Part shown: piece after piece, positions 47,201-60,420 of the stretch
How the letters are laid out: each line of letters starts with the position of its first letter
Numbering within the stretch: position 1 is the stretch's first letter
NCBI GenBank assembly: GCA_002633005.1
Contig: NMRA01000214.1
Coordinates: forward strand, 332,414 to 396,413
Direction of reading: 5' to 3'
Origin: Phoronis australis
Lineage: Eukaryota > Animalia > Phoronida
DNA: 64,000 bases
The notes under the pieces: model-generated
Database searches by the model: none
The model's input: the letters and a program-made list of their open reading frames with translations, nothing else
Told to the model about the DNA's origin: nothing
Made by a program: the position numbers and the translations under genes

Positions 47201-49898
47201 TCACCTAAAAAAAATCCATTTGTTAACGTTCAAGCCATGCAATGAAAACTGATCCAGTAAACTGTCTTTCTCTAAACATAACCTCAATAACTACAGTGAA
47301 TTCAAAAACAGGAAACCCGCAATACCTCACAAAACATACCCCTTCCAATGAGAGACATTTGTTGATGAAACAACTCGGAAACTATCTCAAGCTTGCAGTC
47401 CAGGAAAACTGCTCCCAGACTCCTAACACTTAGATTGCTGCCGAGGCCACTAAAGAAAACAAATTTAACACTAAACCAACTCCACACTTGAAACCTATGA
47501 GCAGTTAGGATTGTGGCAAACGCCTTTAGCAGATGGTCATTGTACAAAAACAGAAAGAGCAGATCTTTCAGTCAATATGTTAACACTGGCATGTCAACAA
47601 AGACTAGGACTGGAAATGAGGCACTTATAATACACTACTTGGGTGTTTAGCACAAGGGAGAATGATAATTAGATTAGGTACGGATAAATTGAAAGTTTCG
47701 CAGCCAAACGCATGCACACATGAGTGGTGTTATAGATAAAAAAAACTAATCCGAATGTGGATTATAAAAACACTAAGAAGTAGTGTAAAGCTAACCACAA
47801 CTATTATTAGACATAAAAAAGTTCGGTAACTAGCCTTTTAACACTTAAGTAAGTTGAAAAGTGAAAAATCTCCTATCAACTTTCTCAACGATATTCAACT
47901 AAATTACCCCGGCCATTGTTACTTAACCGGCACTTAAGGAAAATGTCACAATTTGATTTTTGAAGATCTTTGACATATCGGGTAACAATTTTTGGTTCCA
48001 AATAACGCACAAATTGTGCAAAGGGGAGAAAACACCGTGCACTCGTAGATAGAACTACGGGTATTCTCTAACTTGGCAAGGTCAATCATGTCCATCTTCT
48101 GTGTGAACCAAGGTATAACATTATTCCAACAGCACACATGTAGTTTCAAATCAACCGGTACCCAACCAGAAAACTACTGACGCCTGTTTATTTATGGAGA
48201 CTGTGCAAGAATGGTTGCACTTTAAATGGAATTTCCCACAGCACCAACTGCTGGCTACCAAGCCTATTGAGTAAACACTATTCAACTGATTGTAAGCAAG
48301 TGTACATCACATTTTCAAGGAAGCCATAGATCGATGTCCGAAATCCGTGTTCGTCCTCACTCTTCTCCAATCAAAATCCACCATCATTCCCCGCTTACTT
48401 AACACCAAAATAATTGCAAAATTTGCCATTTTTCAAAGGCGGATTACTTTGCTACAAATAACAGAAACTATTCTTTATTTTTAGGAGAGAAACTTGACAA
48501 AAATTTTACTTGTTGGCCACATTGACAACTAAATAGGTGATGGTTATCGATACTTTTACCTAGGATTAAGAATTATTATCAATACTAGCTTTGACTTAAA
48601 ACTAGATATCACACGGTTTCACGAAAAGATCCCCACTTATCTTCCAATGATATTGAGAATTAGCGTAGACTTCACTCTTCATTTATATCAAAGCCAAAAA
48701 CTGACTTAGTAATGAGACTCAAACAGGCTAAGAAAGGACAACCAGTGTTTTTCACAAGTTCACAAATACACGGTAGATTTAGGCAACTTAGTTGAGTCCC
48801 TATTTGGGACCATTTCAAGCAACCCGCCACGGGGACATAGCGAACACAAGAAACTTCAAAAAGTGTGCACCCCAATTTACAACTGCCATAAAATACAGAT
48901 CACTTCATTCACCAGTGTCCTCTGCCACAAACTGAGTGCAGTGTTTCCAACAAAACCCAGTTTCCATCTGGATGGTTTTATTATGTGGTCAAATCATATC
49001 TCAGCATAAGGTTCACTAGGGAGGGAGGATACCTGTGTAATCACCCATGTAAAATCCTATTACTGCAGTTGTGTACACTAAACAGTGAACACAACAATAA
49101 CAATCACAATTTCATGGGGGACAGGTTTAGAAGGTGCCAATCAGTGATTTAGGGAAACCTGGCCTTATGTCCGGGCTGAGCATGGTCACCTCATTACATA
49201 ATAATTGCATTTGAAACAGTGGTTTAAAAGCTAGGTGTTGACTCTAACACCTGCAGTCCCCACACCTCTGTACATCAACAGGCATTACCCTCATGGACTC
49301 ACAGACTTTGTGTTTAAGCAACCATGCTCGGCTTAACACACACTCCTGGATTGTTGAGCTCTCAGTATAGGGTAAGCGCACAGGGCACTACCCTGCATGG
49401 GTATGAATACGGTACTTTTAAGGTGTATAGCTTAGAATCATCGTTGTTGCTCAAGTAATCATCGCCTTAAAACTTGAAAGTCATATCGGATGCCATCTTG
49501 GATTTCCAAGCCAACCCGCTTGTGAGTGTTTGCCCCCTGATGGCTGTTCTTGAACAGGCTTCAGATTTCAGACACCTGCTGCCTCTCGGCAAGACAAGCA
49601 TACACGGACACAAGAAAGCCAGGCTGTGAATGCCTTACTGTCTTGGGTAAATGGTCACTTATTCAAGCACATTGAAACCCCAACACACTCCAGTTTACAT
49701 AACTCCAAGCAATCTCAGCAAACCCTGGAGAAGTCTGGGTCAACACCAGGCAACAATACATTGTGATCTGTGGATACCAAAGGCGGGAACCAGCCCTCCA
49801 GTTCCTTAGTGTTGACCCAAAAGTACAGTACCTCAATAGTTCACCCATTGCTCTTAATGGCAACATCATTACTTGCTCTTTACTTGTTTGTATGTTGA

Positions 49899-50349
49899 GG
49901 GTTACGTAGGACCTCGAGGGTTACATAGGACCTCAGATAAATATCTAACTTTGTCTAACTACTGCACATCATATCTCGGAAGTGGCTAATTGGAGTCATA
50001 TGAAACTCTCAGATACTACGTTTTACGCACAATTCTCCAAAAGGCTGTCAGGGATTGAAGGGCTATCAAACATATGATATTTTTTGAAATCTCCCCCTTG
50101 TACAATCATATCAAATAACATTTTATCATGTTACTGATACAATTGTTTCGTTATCAATGTACCTTTCTTATTGTTAAATTTTACTAAAAAGACCTGGTCA
50201 CGTAACCCAATTAATGAAAGATTGCCACAATATCAAAAATCTAAATTTACATGCTTTCTACTTTCAGAAATACTTAAACTGAGTAATAATGTAGTTATGT
50301 ACATTTTTTGGCTAAATACGCCGACTCGTCAATAATGCCCAACGTAACC
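49899..50349. mobile_element. GGTTACG...CGTAACC repeat family, copy 2 (Kolobok-like MITE)
   Basis: Begins ggttacgtaggacctc (locally duplicated) and ends cgtaacc at 50343-50349. Confidence 0.5.
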
Positions 50350-53300
50350 ATAGTTACTAAGTAAGATAAAAAAGCACTCTACAGCATTGTAAAACTACCA
50401 GAGACAACTTCCACCCCAACGCTTATATCAGACACACAAAATGAGTTTCCAGTTCAGTCAAATTGCTGTTTCTATTTGCTTGGAGCTCAGTTTTGATCAA
50501 TGGAGACTTGTAACCCATCCCCTGAATATCCTCAGCCCCTATTGGCCCCTCTCACCAGAGAACATTAAACACACAGTAGGGTTCTGAGCCAGTATAATAA
50601 CATTTGAAGAACACAAAGGCTTTGTAATGAACCAGCATTCTTTGAAACACAATGTAAAGGTTAGACTTGAGTACACAGCATAAGATCAGCTTAGTAGGTT
50701 TAGACTACCACATAACTGGTAGGCAGTTAAACTGAGCCCAACCTGAAATGACCTAATGTTTATTGTGTGCCCTTAACCAGTATTCCAGAATCAAACAACT
50801 GCACAATTTTGAAGATATTCATTTTCAGAGGCTCTTAACTAAGACTTTCCTAACACAACCATTCAATAAAATGTTTAAATGTCAACACAGCATTATAACA
50901 AAAGATGTCACCATCACCATGGCTTATAAACTGATTGCATCTTTACTAAATCTGTGAACATGCACCGTAATCTAGCCAGTGCCTACAAAGGATCCAATCC
51001 GGGGTCTCCTAGTGCTATGGAAAATCATTTACATAAATTATGTAAACGAGGCTTAAAAAACCAAGAAACAAAAATTGCATTTAATGAATTCTACTTCCTG
51101 TGAGTAAGTAGCGTGATATCTGAATCATAATCTTACTTTATGAGTACAGTAAATTTTCTTTGCTTTTGAACAAAAACAATGGCCATTGTTCATTTTTCAA
51201 ATGATCAGATGCTGTATTGCCAATAATGTTCAAAATTTCATCGGGTGTTTGTTGATAATGGCCGTACTATGAAGAGTTTTCAAATCACTGAGTCAAGTAT
51301 CTTCGTATTTGCTCAGGTTGAAAATTTCGATACAATAAAATTTCATTTTTCTGCAATATTGCGTTTTAATTTGAAAAAACTTTAACTTCATGAAGTTGAA
51401 TGTCAATCATTGAAATGTTCATTTCTTTTCTAGATTGAATTCTGAAGTTATGTAGTTCACTCAATTGTCACTAGGTAGAGCTCAATACAATTTCCCTGAT
51501 CTCTTCAAACGATCGCCGATAACAGCCTTAATATCTAATCAATAACAAGAATATAGCATACTTAACAGAAAACCATTGTAACCTATCATTTCTGAACTCA
51601 TTAAAATCTGAACACAAGTTCTATCTCAAATGGCCGGCTTTAATCTCATTACCAACCAGAGATGGTCCTCAGAAAGACCTTGATAGAATTAATTTGCTAA
51701 CTCCATCCACTCTGCAATCAAATAACACCAAGCTAATGGACTTCAAAAGGAATAATCATCCACACATACACTGCGGCAAAGAGCTGTTCGATTCTGAGTC
51801 CGCAAGATGTGAACGTGTTGCGTTTAAAAATCACAGATTTTCCAAATCATGTTGTAAATGCTGTTTCTTAAAACAATGTCTAGCAGTAATCACGGCGTAC
51901 AACTTAATAATTAAGCACTTATTCAAAGCTATTTACCTTATGAAAACCCTCTGTGTTTTGCTGCAAGATGCATTTCAAAACAAGGGAGCAAGAAAATTGG
52001 ATGTACACAAATTACAGTTTTTCAAATTGTCTCCCTGACATATGACCAAATGCCTCTTCTTCCTCCATTAACCTTAAAGATGATAATGAAATGTTTACCA
52101 TAGAGGGTGTGGCATTTGGCAAAACTGAGGAGAAACCAAAAGCACTAATTTTGAAAACGAGCAAGACACAAGATGACGTAATCAAAAAAAAAAGAGTTCA
52201 ACACACATAGCCTCGCAAATCTCAGTTAAAAGCTTTCCTAATCAAACGGATCGTCTTAACAAAATACAGCTAGCGTCCAGGACTCCAGATCATGGTAAAA
52301 TGGCTGTTATTCGGTAAAAACTGGTTCCTGGCAGCCATTTTGAAGAGGGACCCATCAATCCAGATCACTTATTAAACAAAAGGAACAAAACATTCTTGAA
52401 TCAACGATTTCCATGCCAGTGTGTAGGCTTATGACTGGTTCCTGTTTACAAGTGTGTCTTTAGTGTGATTGAAGTCACCTGTGCTGAAGTCAATTCAGAT
52501 TGACTCTCTAGCAGTACCAAGCTGGCACTTAATTAGACAGGCCATGCCAAAGGGCAGCCAAGAGTCTCCACCAGCACAACTTAACATTCACTCACTTCCA
52601 CAACAACCTCACAGCCAGCCAAGAATTCACATGTATTTTCCTTCATGCTGGTTCCAGGGCTCACATTGGCAGTGCATTCACACCTCTTAACTAAGACAAA
52701 AAAATGAGCAGTCTACAAGTTATTTTTTTCATGTTCGGAATCCCATGGCAATGGAACCTTGATATTGCCGGAAATTTTAATACATACATCTCCTCCAAGG
52801 AATCACAGCTTCAAAATAGACAAGAGACAAAGTTCAATAGCATGCTACTATTCACAGTTTCACAGATGAGAAATCCTTCTGGTGTAGAGACAAGAAAATT
52901 GCAAGAATTTTGAACTCAATTGTGCAAGGTTCTTACCACAGACTTGAGCAGTGATATCTTGTAACTTTTAAAACAAAAATCCACGCCGATCCTCACAAAA
53001 TTCAGCAAAATACAAAGTCATAAATCCAGAGTTCCCTCCAAACACAACCTCTCTATACAAAGACCAGAGCTGATAGCAAGCCTGAATGTTCTCATGACAA
53101 ATCTGGCATTTTGATTGGTCAGCAGGCTTTCTAAGCTGACTGGGTTTCACACTGTGTTGAGCGGTTCTGAAATCGGTGACTCTGATTGGTCAATACCCTG
53201 CAGGCTCAGAAGTGAGTCAATAGTTCTTTGTTTGATCTGCCTCATGCTAATATGTCACAGTTGTAGTCAACTAAGGGGAATTATTAACACGCTAGGCCTT

Positions 53301-56300
53301 CTAAAATTTCGCGCAGCCTCTATCTGCCAGCCAGATCGCAAATAAATTTCCTGTGAGCTTTCACACTCGGTTGGTTTAACAGCCCATGTCAGACAATGAT
53401 GTTTTCACCAGCTGAAGTGGTAGTTTTGAGCACTAAGCCTGAATTAAGGTACTCATCTTCTATTTTGCCATTGTAGAAGGGCAAACTCGGTTATTTAATT
53501 TCAGCCTGTTAGCTGACAGGAAGAGATAAAGCGAGGAAGGTCTGGTTTTGTGTTTACACAAAATGACCAAATCATGAATAGAAGATTAGCTGCCTATCAA
53601 ATGATAAACAGAAATTCCCCAATTTTCAACCTTTGTGAAACTGGCGGAGCAACAAGAAGGGTCTAGATTGACACACTGAAAACAGACATAACAAAAATAG
53701 ATTGAAAGTTTGATATAAAAATTTTTGAAATAGCATTTAAACATTGAGAACAAAAACAAATCATATACACATATACAAATAGTTTAGTTAGATTGGAAAT
53801 TGTCAACAATGTCTGAGTTATCTGTGTTTTGCTAACTTGAAAAGTGAATCGATAGTGTTCTCGCATAACTGGGTGTAAATAAACACAGCAAACAGGGACA
53901 TGTCACTATTGAGTTAATGGACATGCCGCAGAGGTCCAAAGGAGGATTCCATGTTCAATGGCAACTCATAATTCCTCACATCTCAACACTGTCAAAATGC
54001 CAAGGGGGAAGTCTCAAATTGTCACAGTGTTTTTGGTGCTTTTTGCATGTATATGTCATATGCAAGACAATATTTGTCCGCACTTATGAAAAATTCCATG
54101 ATTTTACAATTTGAGAAAATAGAAATCGCTACTTGATGCAGTGTGAATTTACTGTAAACCCAACAAAACACTAACACAAACTACCTGGATCACATTCCAC
54201 CAAGGAACTCTCAAAATGTCTCAATTCGTCAAAGAAATTCGGGTCACAGAAAGACACCACAACAAAGAGAATCTATCCTGTGCAGATCAACTCCACAACA
54301 GATAGGCCTGTCTACTTCAGAGTGAAGTCAGAAAGTAAAGTCAATAACCGTCATAAATTTTTGTCCGTTTTCAACAATGTAGCTTACCATGTACCAAAAC
54401 TACCAATAAATATATAATTTTAGAATTTAGATAAAAACATTCTTGTGGCTATGACTATTGTTTCCAACTGAACCTTTGATTGGACAGATGAAAATTTAGC
54501 ATCAAAAACACACATCTGATAGCAAGATTTGTATTCTGGTTGATATGACATTCCCCATCTTGAAAAGTCGGTCACCAGGCAAACACGGCAAACATTGTGT
54601 ACGGTGAATTTTCGCCAACTTCTGACTAAAATGAAAGTCAAATTTGCCTTTTCCTGTTTTTCACACACATTGTCAGACGTTGGCAATGTCATAGAACTCG
54701 ATGATGGAAGGCCATTTAATACAGTGCTACATATCTTTCATGGAAAAACAAGAAAATAAAATTTAACCTGTCAGTCACATTGTTTTCTCAATGGCTGAGA
54801 CTGAGATTTTACAGATGGAAAATTCACTTGAAATGGCTCACCAGTCTTGGGGAGGGGGGGGGAGACTGGTCACAGCTGCTGGTCAGTCCTCTAGCACTTG
54901 TTACTGGACAACCACTGGACAAGGAGGTAATGTGAAGCTATGGAGCACTTGAAGGTCTTGACTGGTCTCTTGTGGACACATAGAGTTGGCTCTGCAATAA
55001 CAAAAACATCTATGGATTACTACAGCATAATCTGAACATAATAGGTTAGTCCAGTTCCTGTTTGACTAGTCAGCTAAGCAGGGTGTTATATAATCACACA
55101 TATACACACAAATACCTGGTTGAATAGACAGGTATGACATTTGAAGTCCCCACTACCTGTGGTGTCCTGCACCTGTGATGGCAGGAAATGGACCCAGCAT
55201 GCACTGTGTGTCACAGCACTAGATACAAACTGCAGTCAGTCACTTCAGGTTGAACACATTTGGCTACCACCAGGGAGTTTTACAAAACTATCCACGATGC
55301 ACTTGCGATGAGAAACCTTTTGTGATTTCAATCCCATAATTCAACATTCCAACCTCACCGACCAATCGTTACTGGGTTCTTAATTTTTGCTGTGGTACAT
55401 GTGAGTAAAGTCCAGAGCATACTCGCGAAACACTCTCCTTCTACTCATGATTATGGGTGATGTTGCTTTTTAACGAGTTTCTTGCGTCTACCAAATGCAC
55501 CCCTGAATGCATGCTTGTGTACTGCCAGTTACCAATCACAAGAGTACAGGACAGAGTCGATCAGAGTCTATTTGAGAACCTTGAGTGGCTAAGCCCATTA
55601 CTGACTGATATGCCTTCTGATGTTGGAAATTCCCAGTATGCATGAAAATTACCACGTACGCATGAAAAGTAATTTTACAAAAAGTCATTAATATTTTTAT
55701 GGTTACCAAAGGTCATTTTCGTATGGCTGCATTCAAATTGGACATTTCTATTCGAGGAAGCAACATTCAGTCATTTTTGTTATAATGCTTTTACAAGTAC
55801 TTGCTAATAATAAATGTTGTTTTGTTTGATCACTGTCAGTGGTTTTAGAAACATCAGTACACTTTATTCGAGTCAATAATTTTAAAAACTTGAAATAACT
55901 CGTACCAAGAACTTGGAAAAATATGGCAAAATACACACTGCTATCGTTAGCAAAATGACGCACACATGGACAGAACACACTGTTTACTGCTGCAAACATC
56001 GCGTAATTAGATCACAAAATGCCTTCCAATGATCATTAGCAGGGATGATAAATGGAATCAATAAATGTCTCTTCCTGCAATCAAGCACACCTTTATAGTT
56101 GATAACAGACACCAAGTGAGGTCTGAGAGGTGTTGGTGCAACACTGATGTACCATAATTTGCAAAATAATCTATTTTAAATGAAATTACCTTCTTTAGAC
56201 AATCAGCTTGGAAAAAATTGCATGATGAGATCACAGTCATCTTTCTTTATGTATAAAATGTGACAAAACAAGAGATTATTTTTTCTTGAGCATAGAAAAA

Positions 56301-56463
56301 AATGTAACATTGGGCAGTTAAGAACTTTTAAAGTGACAAGAGAAGGCCCTGAAATAGTGACTCACTATAACTAACAAATTCTACTACAGGACAGGTAGAG
56401 TAGGAATTACCAACAGTCTCTTATTTATAAATGCAGCACAAACAAACACTTTCTCTTCTGATT

Positions 56464-56810
56464 CAGCGGCGGATCTAGTATTTCATAAGGGGGGGGCAAC
56501 ATTTTGTCTCGGACAATTGGGCAAAGCATGATTACAATTGCGTGCACCCAGCCTAAAACATATGGGGGGCTCGAACTTCTGGGAATGTGGACTTTTTGCT
56601 TAAAATCAAAAGGAGAGCTAAAAGAAAAAACCAAGTAAAAAACAAAAACAAAAACAAAAAATGGGAAAATGGTGGTTTGATTAGGACAAACACACTAAAA
56701 CTGCTAACATTGTTTAATCTTGTTCCAGCTGCATGTTAATTACCGGGGTTAATTAACAAACTCAATATTTCCTCATGTTCTTGCCAAAGGGCCCCCCCTA
56801 AATCCGCCTG
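56464..56810. mobile_element. MITE of the same family as 8543-9495, 5-bp TSD TGATT
   Basis: CAGCGGCGGATCTAG...CTAAATCCGCCTG; TGATT at 56459-56463 and 56811-56815; shares gcaacattttgtct and tgttaattaccggggttaattaa with the 8.5-9.5 kb copy. Confidence 0.8.
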
Positions 56811-58413
56811 TGATTCACCACTTACTGCCAATTTCTCTGGATTTACACCAGAATTATGTTCTAGCACACATTTGATGAGACTACAACTAGGTTTCTCCAA
56901 GTTGTGAGCCCTAAGGCAGTGTTAACCACAAGGGCAACTGGAGGGTAATGTTGTAGATCTTCAAAGCATTAGTAACAGCTAGAAATATGAGTGGTAGCCC
57001 ATGAGGTAACTATCCACATTGAGCATTTAGTGGAGTCCACACTCATTCCTTCTTTGTGTTTTGTGTGGTTTTCACTGAGCCTGAATCAAATGGGAAATCT
57101 CCACCAGGAATTTCACAACTGCTAAATTCTTTAATTGGCCAAACATTACCAGACAGACAGAACATGTGAAATAGTTTGGCCTGCACCCTTCCAGGGACAA
57201 CTGCAGACACACATACACACATGACATGTATTGACAGATGGGCAGGCATTCAACTGATGTGGCCAGTAACATCTTTGAGTATTCGGTGGGGTCCCTGTGC
57301 CAAATTTTAGAAAGATCACCGCCATCAACCACAGCCCAGTTTTGTACCCATCAACAAGTGTCAAAGGATCAGAGAAATGAGGCTCTTGGCGGGGTGCATG
57401 ACTTACAGGGTATAGAGGCATTCCTTACATACCAGCCACAACAGTGTGTTGTGGATTCCTTGTGGTGTGCATGGACTAGATTTGACCAAAATGTCTACTC
57501 TTAAAATACTCCAAGAACATTCCTGGAAACTTATCTTTTCCTTGAAGAATGGCTGGTCTTTGTACAGAAGTAACCCTCTTGAAAAGTCACAGATAAAATA
57601 TTCGGGCGTTGTAAAGAAATGGGAGATTTCAATGTTATGTGGAGATTGCTAATAACAGTTATCTTAAGGACCAGACATGTCACACTGTAATATAAATCCT
57701 TTGTTTGGTACACATCATGAAGACAAGCACACATAAAAGCTGCCTCCTAACTCTGCAGAGATGCAGGGGTATGGCTGACCAATTTTCTCATATTCTGATA
57801 TTTGGTTAAGGGTGGTTAATAAGACTTTAAGAACAATTTGGTGATAGGCTCCCACCTCAAAATTGCTGAATAAAGATTTAGCCAAGTTATTACGAGTACA
57901 TGACAGCTAAGAAATAATTAATAGAAAATTCTCCAGTTACTCATAATAGTTGGATATGTTCTCAAGGACCTCTTAGTCACTTTTGCTCAAGTGAAATTTA
58001 AATACGGTTTAGAATTAGTGGAGTGGAGCGCAAGATAAAATTTCTTAAGTCACTCTTCCTGGTCTTTCATGGTCATCTTGAGTTCTAATCATAGTACTCG
58101 AAATTATTTTTGATATTCTCTGCTCCACGTTAGTTGTGCAGACTCAGTATAAATGTTGGTTAATTTGTGTCCTCAGTAGATTATGATTTATGTATATGAC
58201 TGTCTAGTCCTAGTTTGTACCTGGTGACCTCAGCAATAAGCTACAAGTCAGAGTCTGAAATCAATATCTCATGTTTTTACGCGAAATCTCAAGTTTTTAC
58301 TCAAGTTTATAGGTCAATCTACCATAACACAGAAATTTGTGAACTCATCCCTACGGTGGCTATTGTCGTTGGACGAAGGAGGTAGACAATCTGTTCTGAA
58401 ACCAAACGGTATG

Positions 58414-58614
58414 CAAAGGTGGATTTAGGGGGATTCCAGGGGGCCCCGGCCAGGGCTCCCTTCCGCGCATGATAAAAAACAGCATCAACGAGTCGTTTGT
58501 TAGGGGTCTCACGAAGGTTTGTACTTCAAAATATTGACATCACACTCCCACAAGAGGCTATTACGAAAACTTGCGGTCAGGGTGCCTAATCTTGACATCC
58601 AAGATCCACTTATG
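58414..58614. mobile_element. Diverged GC-rich MITE, 6-bp TSD GGTATG
   Basis: CAAAGGTGGATTTAG...CAAGATCCACTTATG; GGTATG at 58408-58413 and 58615-58620. Confidence 0.65.
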
Positions 58615-59499
58615 GGTATGTTTTCTGTTTTCTAATGAACGTGATACCTTCACAGACAGCATCAATTTGAGAAAAAACTGCAATATACCATTAAAAAGAA
58701 CCAGTACTAAACCTAGCTGTGCCTCATGAAGTGCTCTTTAATGCAATGATTTGAGAATTCAAAAGTTTTAGCAAATATATGACCAACTGCTAGTTGCATT
58801 GAAGTGGGAATAGAGATTTACATTCTGAGTTAAATCCTCCTGACTAGAGCAAGCCAATCTCACTACAGACCACGAACAATAAATGACTGCTTTTTACAAT
58901 TGTTATGAAGTGGCTATGCATTTTACTCAGTTCACCAACTACTACCCAGGATCTCCCAGTTTTGTGAAACCTCGTATTAAAACCTGAACATCAGCAGTGA
59001 TCAGCTGACAGCTAATCTCTGCCCATTTAATCGATAACACAGCAGCCACCGGGAAATTGCTTTAGTGTCAGTCTTTATATGGATCAACCGTGCGCTGGGA
59101 AAACTTACATTCTATGGATACTGAATTTCCTATTGAGTGGGTTTTCTCGACTATCAGGCACCAAGCAGTAAAACACAAACATTATACACTCGCAAATCAT
59201 CTACATATGCCACAAGGTAGTGTTTTAAATTGAGCACGAAGTCTAGTAAACCTAGAGGCCAATAACCTCTGAAGTAACCAGGTATTTATAACCCATGACC
59301 ATATCGAACATTTCAAACAAAGCTCTAAAAAAATGTCAGCTAAAATTCACACACTTCAATTTTTGACAGAAATTGTTGGTCAAGGAACTGACAAGACTGA
59401 TTTAGAAACAGAAGGCACAATAAACAACATTTCAAATTACTATATATTGCAGGAAGCTTCCATGTCTTGTTGGACTTTTCACAAATTACGAAATCTACC

Positions 59500-59940
59500 T
59501 TAAGGTTACGTTAAGGACCTCAAAAAATTCCCAAACTTGTCCATCTTCGAAACACGTATCTCAGAAATGGCTGATTGAATTCATATGACGCTGTTAGGAA
59601 TAGTTCAAAATTTGTATGAGGGGCAAGCAAAAATTGTAACTTTATGATTTTCACGAAAAAACGAAGTTGTACAAAATGACATAACTTTGAAAACTAACAG
59701 TGTTTCTCAGACATCAGTTTGAGCATTTATATTAAAATTACATTTGGTCATGTTATTGATACCGTCCCTTTTGCCAACTTGACATGATATCGTGACACAA
59801 CTGGTGTCACATACTGACTTAATGTAGATCTTGGCGGAGCCTCGACATAAACTGTGAAGTAAATAACAACATCGAACTAAACAGTAGGTGACGCTGTTGT
59901 CATTGAAGAAATCGCAAGGTAGCGCTGCACGCTAAGATTT
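59500..59940 (+). mobile_element. GGTTACG repeat family, copy 3, preceded by TTAA (Kolobok-like)
   Basis: ttaaggttacgttaaggacctcaaaaaat...tctcagaaatggctgattgaattca is homologous to 28471 onward; also shares gtaggtg.cgc.g.tgtc. Right boundary approximate. Confidence 0.5.
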
Positions 59941-60011
59941 TTAATGTGACGATTTGGGAACATTTACATGTGTTGATTAACATAAAACTTATTTTTAATT
60001 CGATTAGTGAT

Positions 60012-60420
60012 CAAGGTACCTAAACTACACGGATAATGTACCCATAAACACGGTCACGGACGCATGAACACGACTCGCGGACCTGCAATCACCGTCCACT
60101 GACTCACTAACACGGGAACAGACTCACATTCACGAAGAAACACAGTTAACGGACTGCCAAACACAGGTTACGGACAAAATGTAGTTGTGTCAGCTGACCC
60201 AGGAAGCTGATGAGTCCGTGACCCGTGTTTGGCGGTCCGTTAACCGCGTTTCCTTGTGAATATGAGTCCGTGTCCTGTGTATTTGGGTGAATGGATTGTG
60301 TTTTGTGTGTCCGTTCCCATGTTTGTGAGTCAGTGGACAGTGTTTGCAGGTCCGTGACTTGTGTTCACGGGTCCGTGACCGTGTTTATGAGTCCGCTAAC
60401 CGTGTAGGTTAGGTACCTTG
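60012..60420. mobile_element. Foldback MITE with long internally repetitive TIRs, 5-bp TSD GTGAT
   Basis: CAAGGTACCTAAACTACACGG ... CCGTGTAGGTTAGGTACCTTG; arms built from acggac/aaacacgg subunits; GTGAT at 60007-60011 and 60421-60425. Confidence 0.88.

Noticed and set aside
60207-60221. CTGATGAGTCCGTGA, identical to the start of the textbook hammerhead core
   Set aside because: Not followed by GGAC-GAAA; gagtccgtg is the subunit of the surrounding foldback MITE arm.
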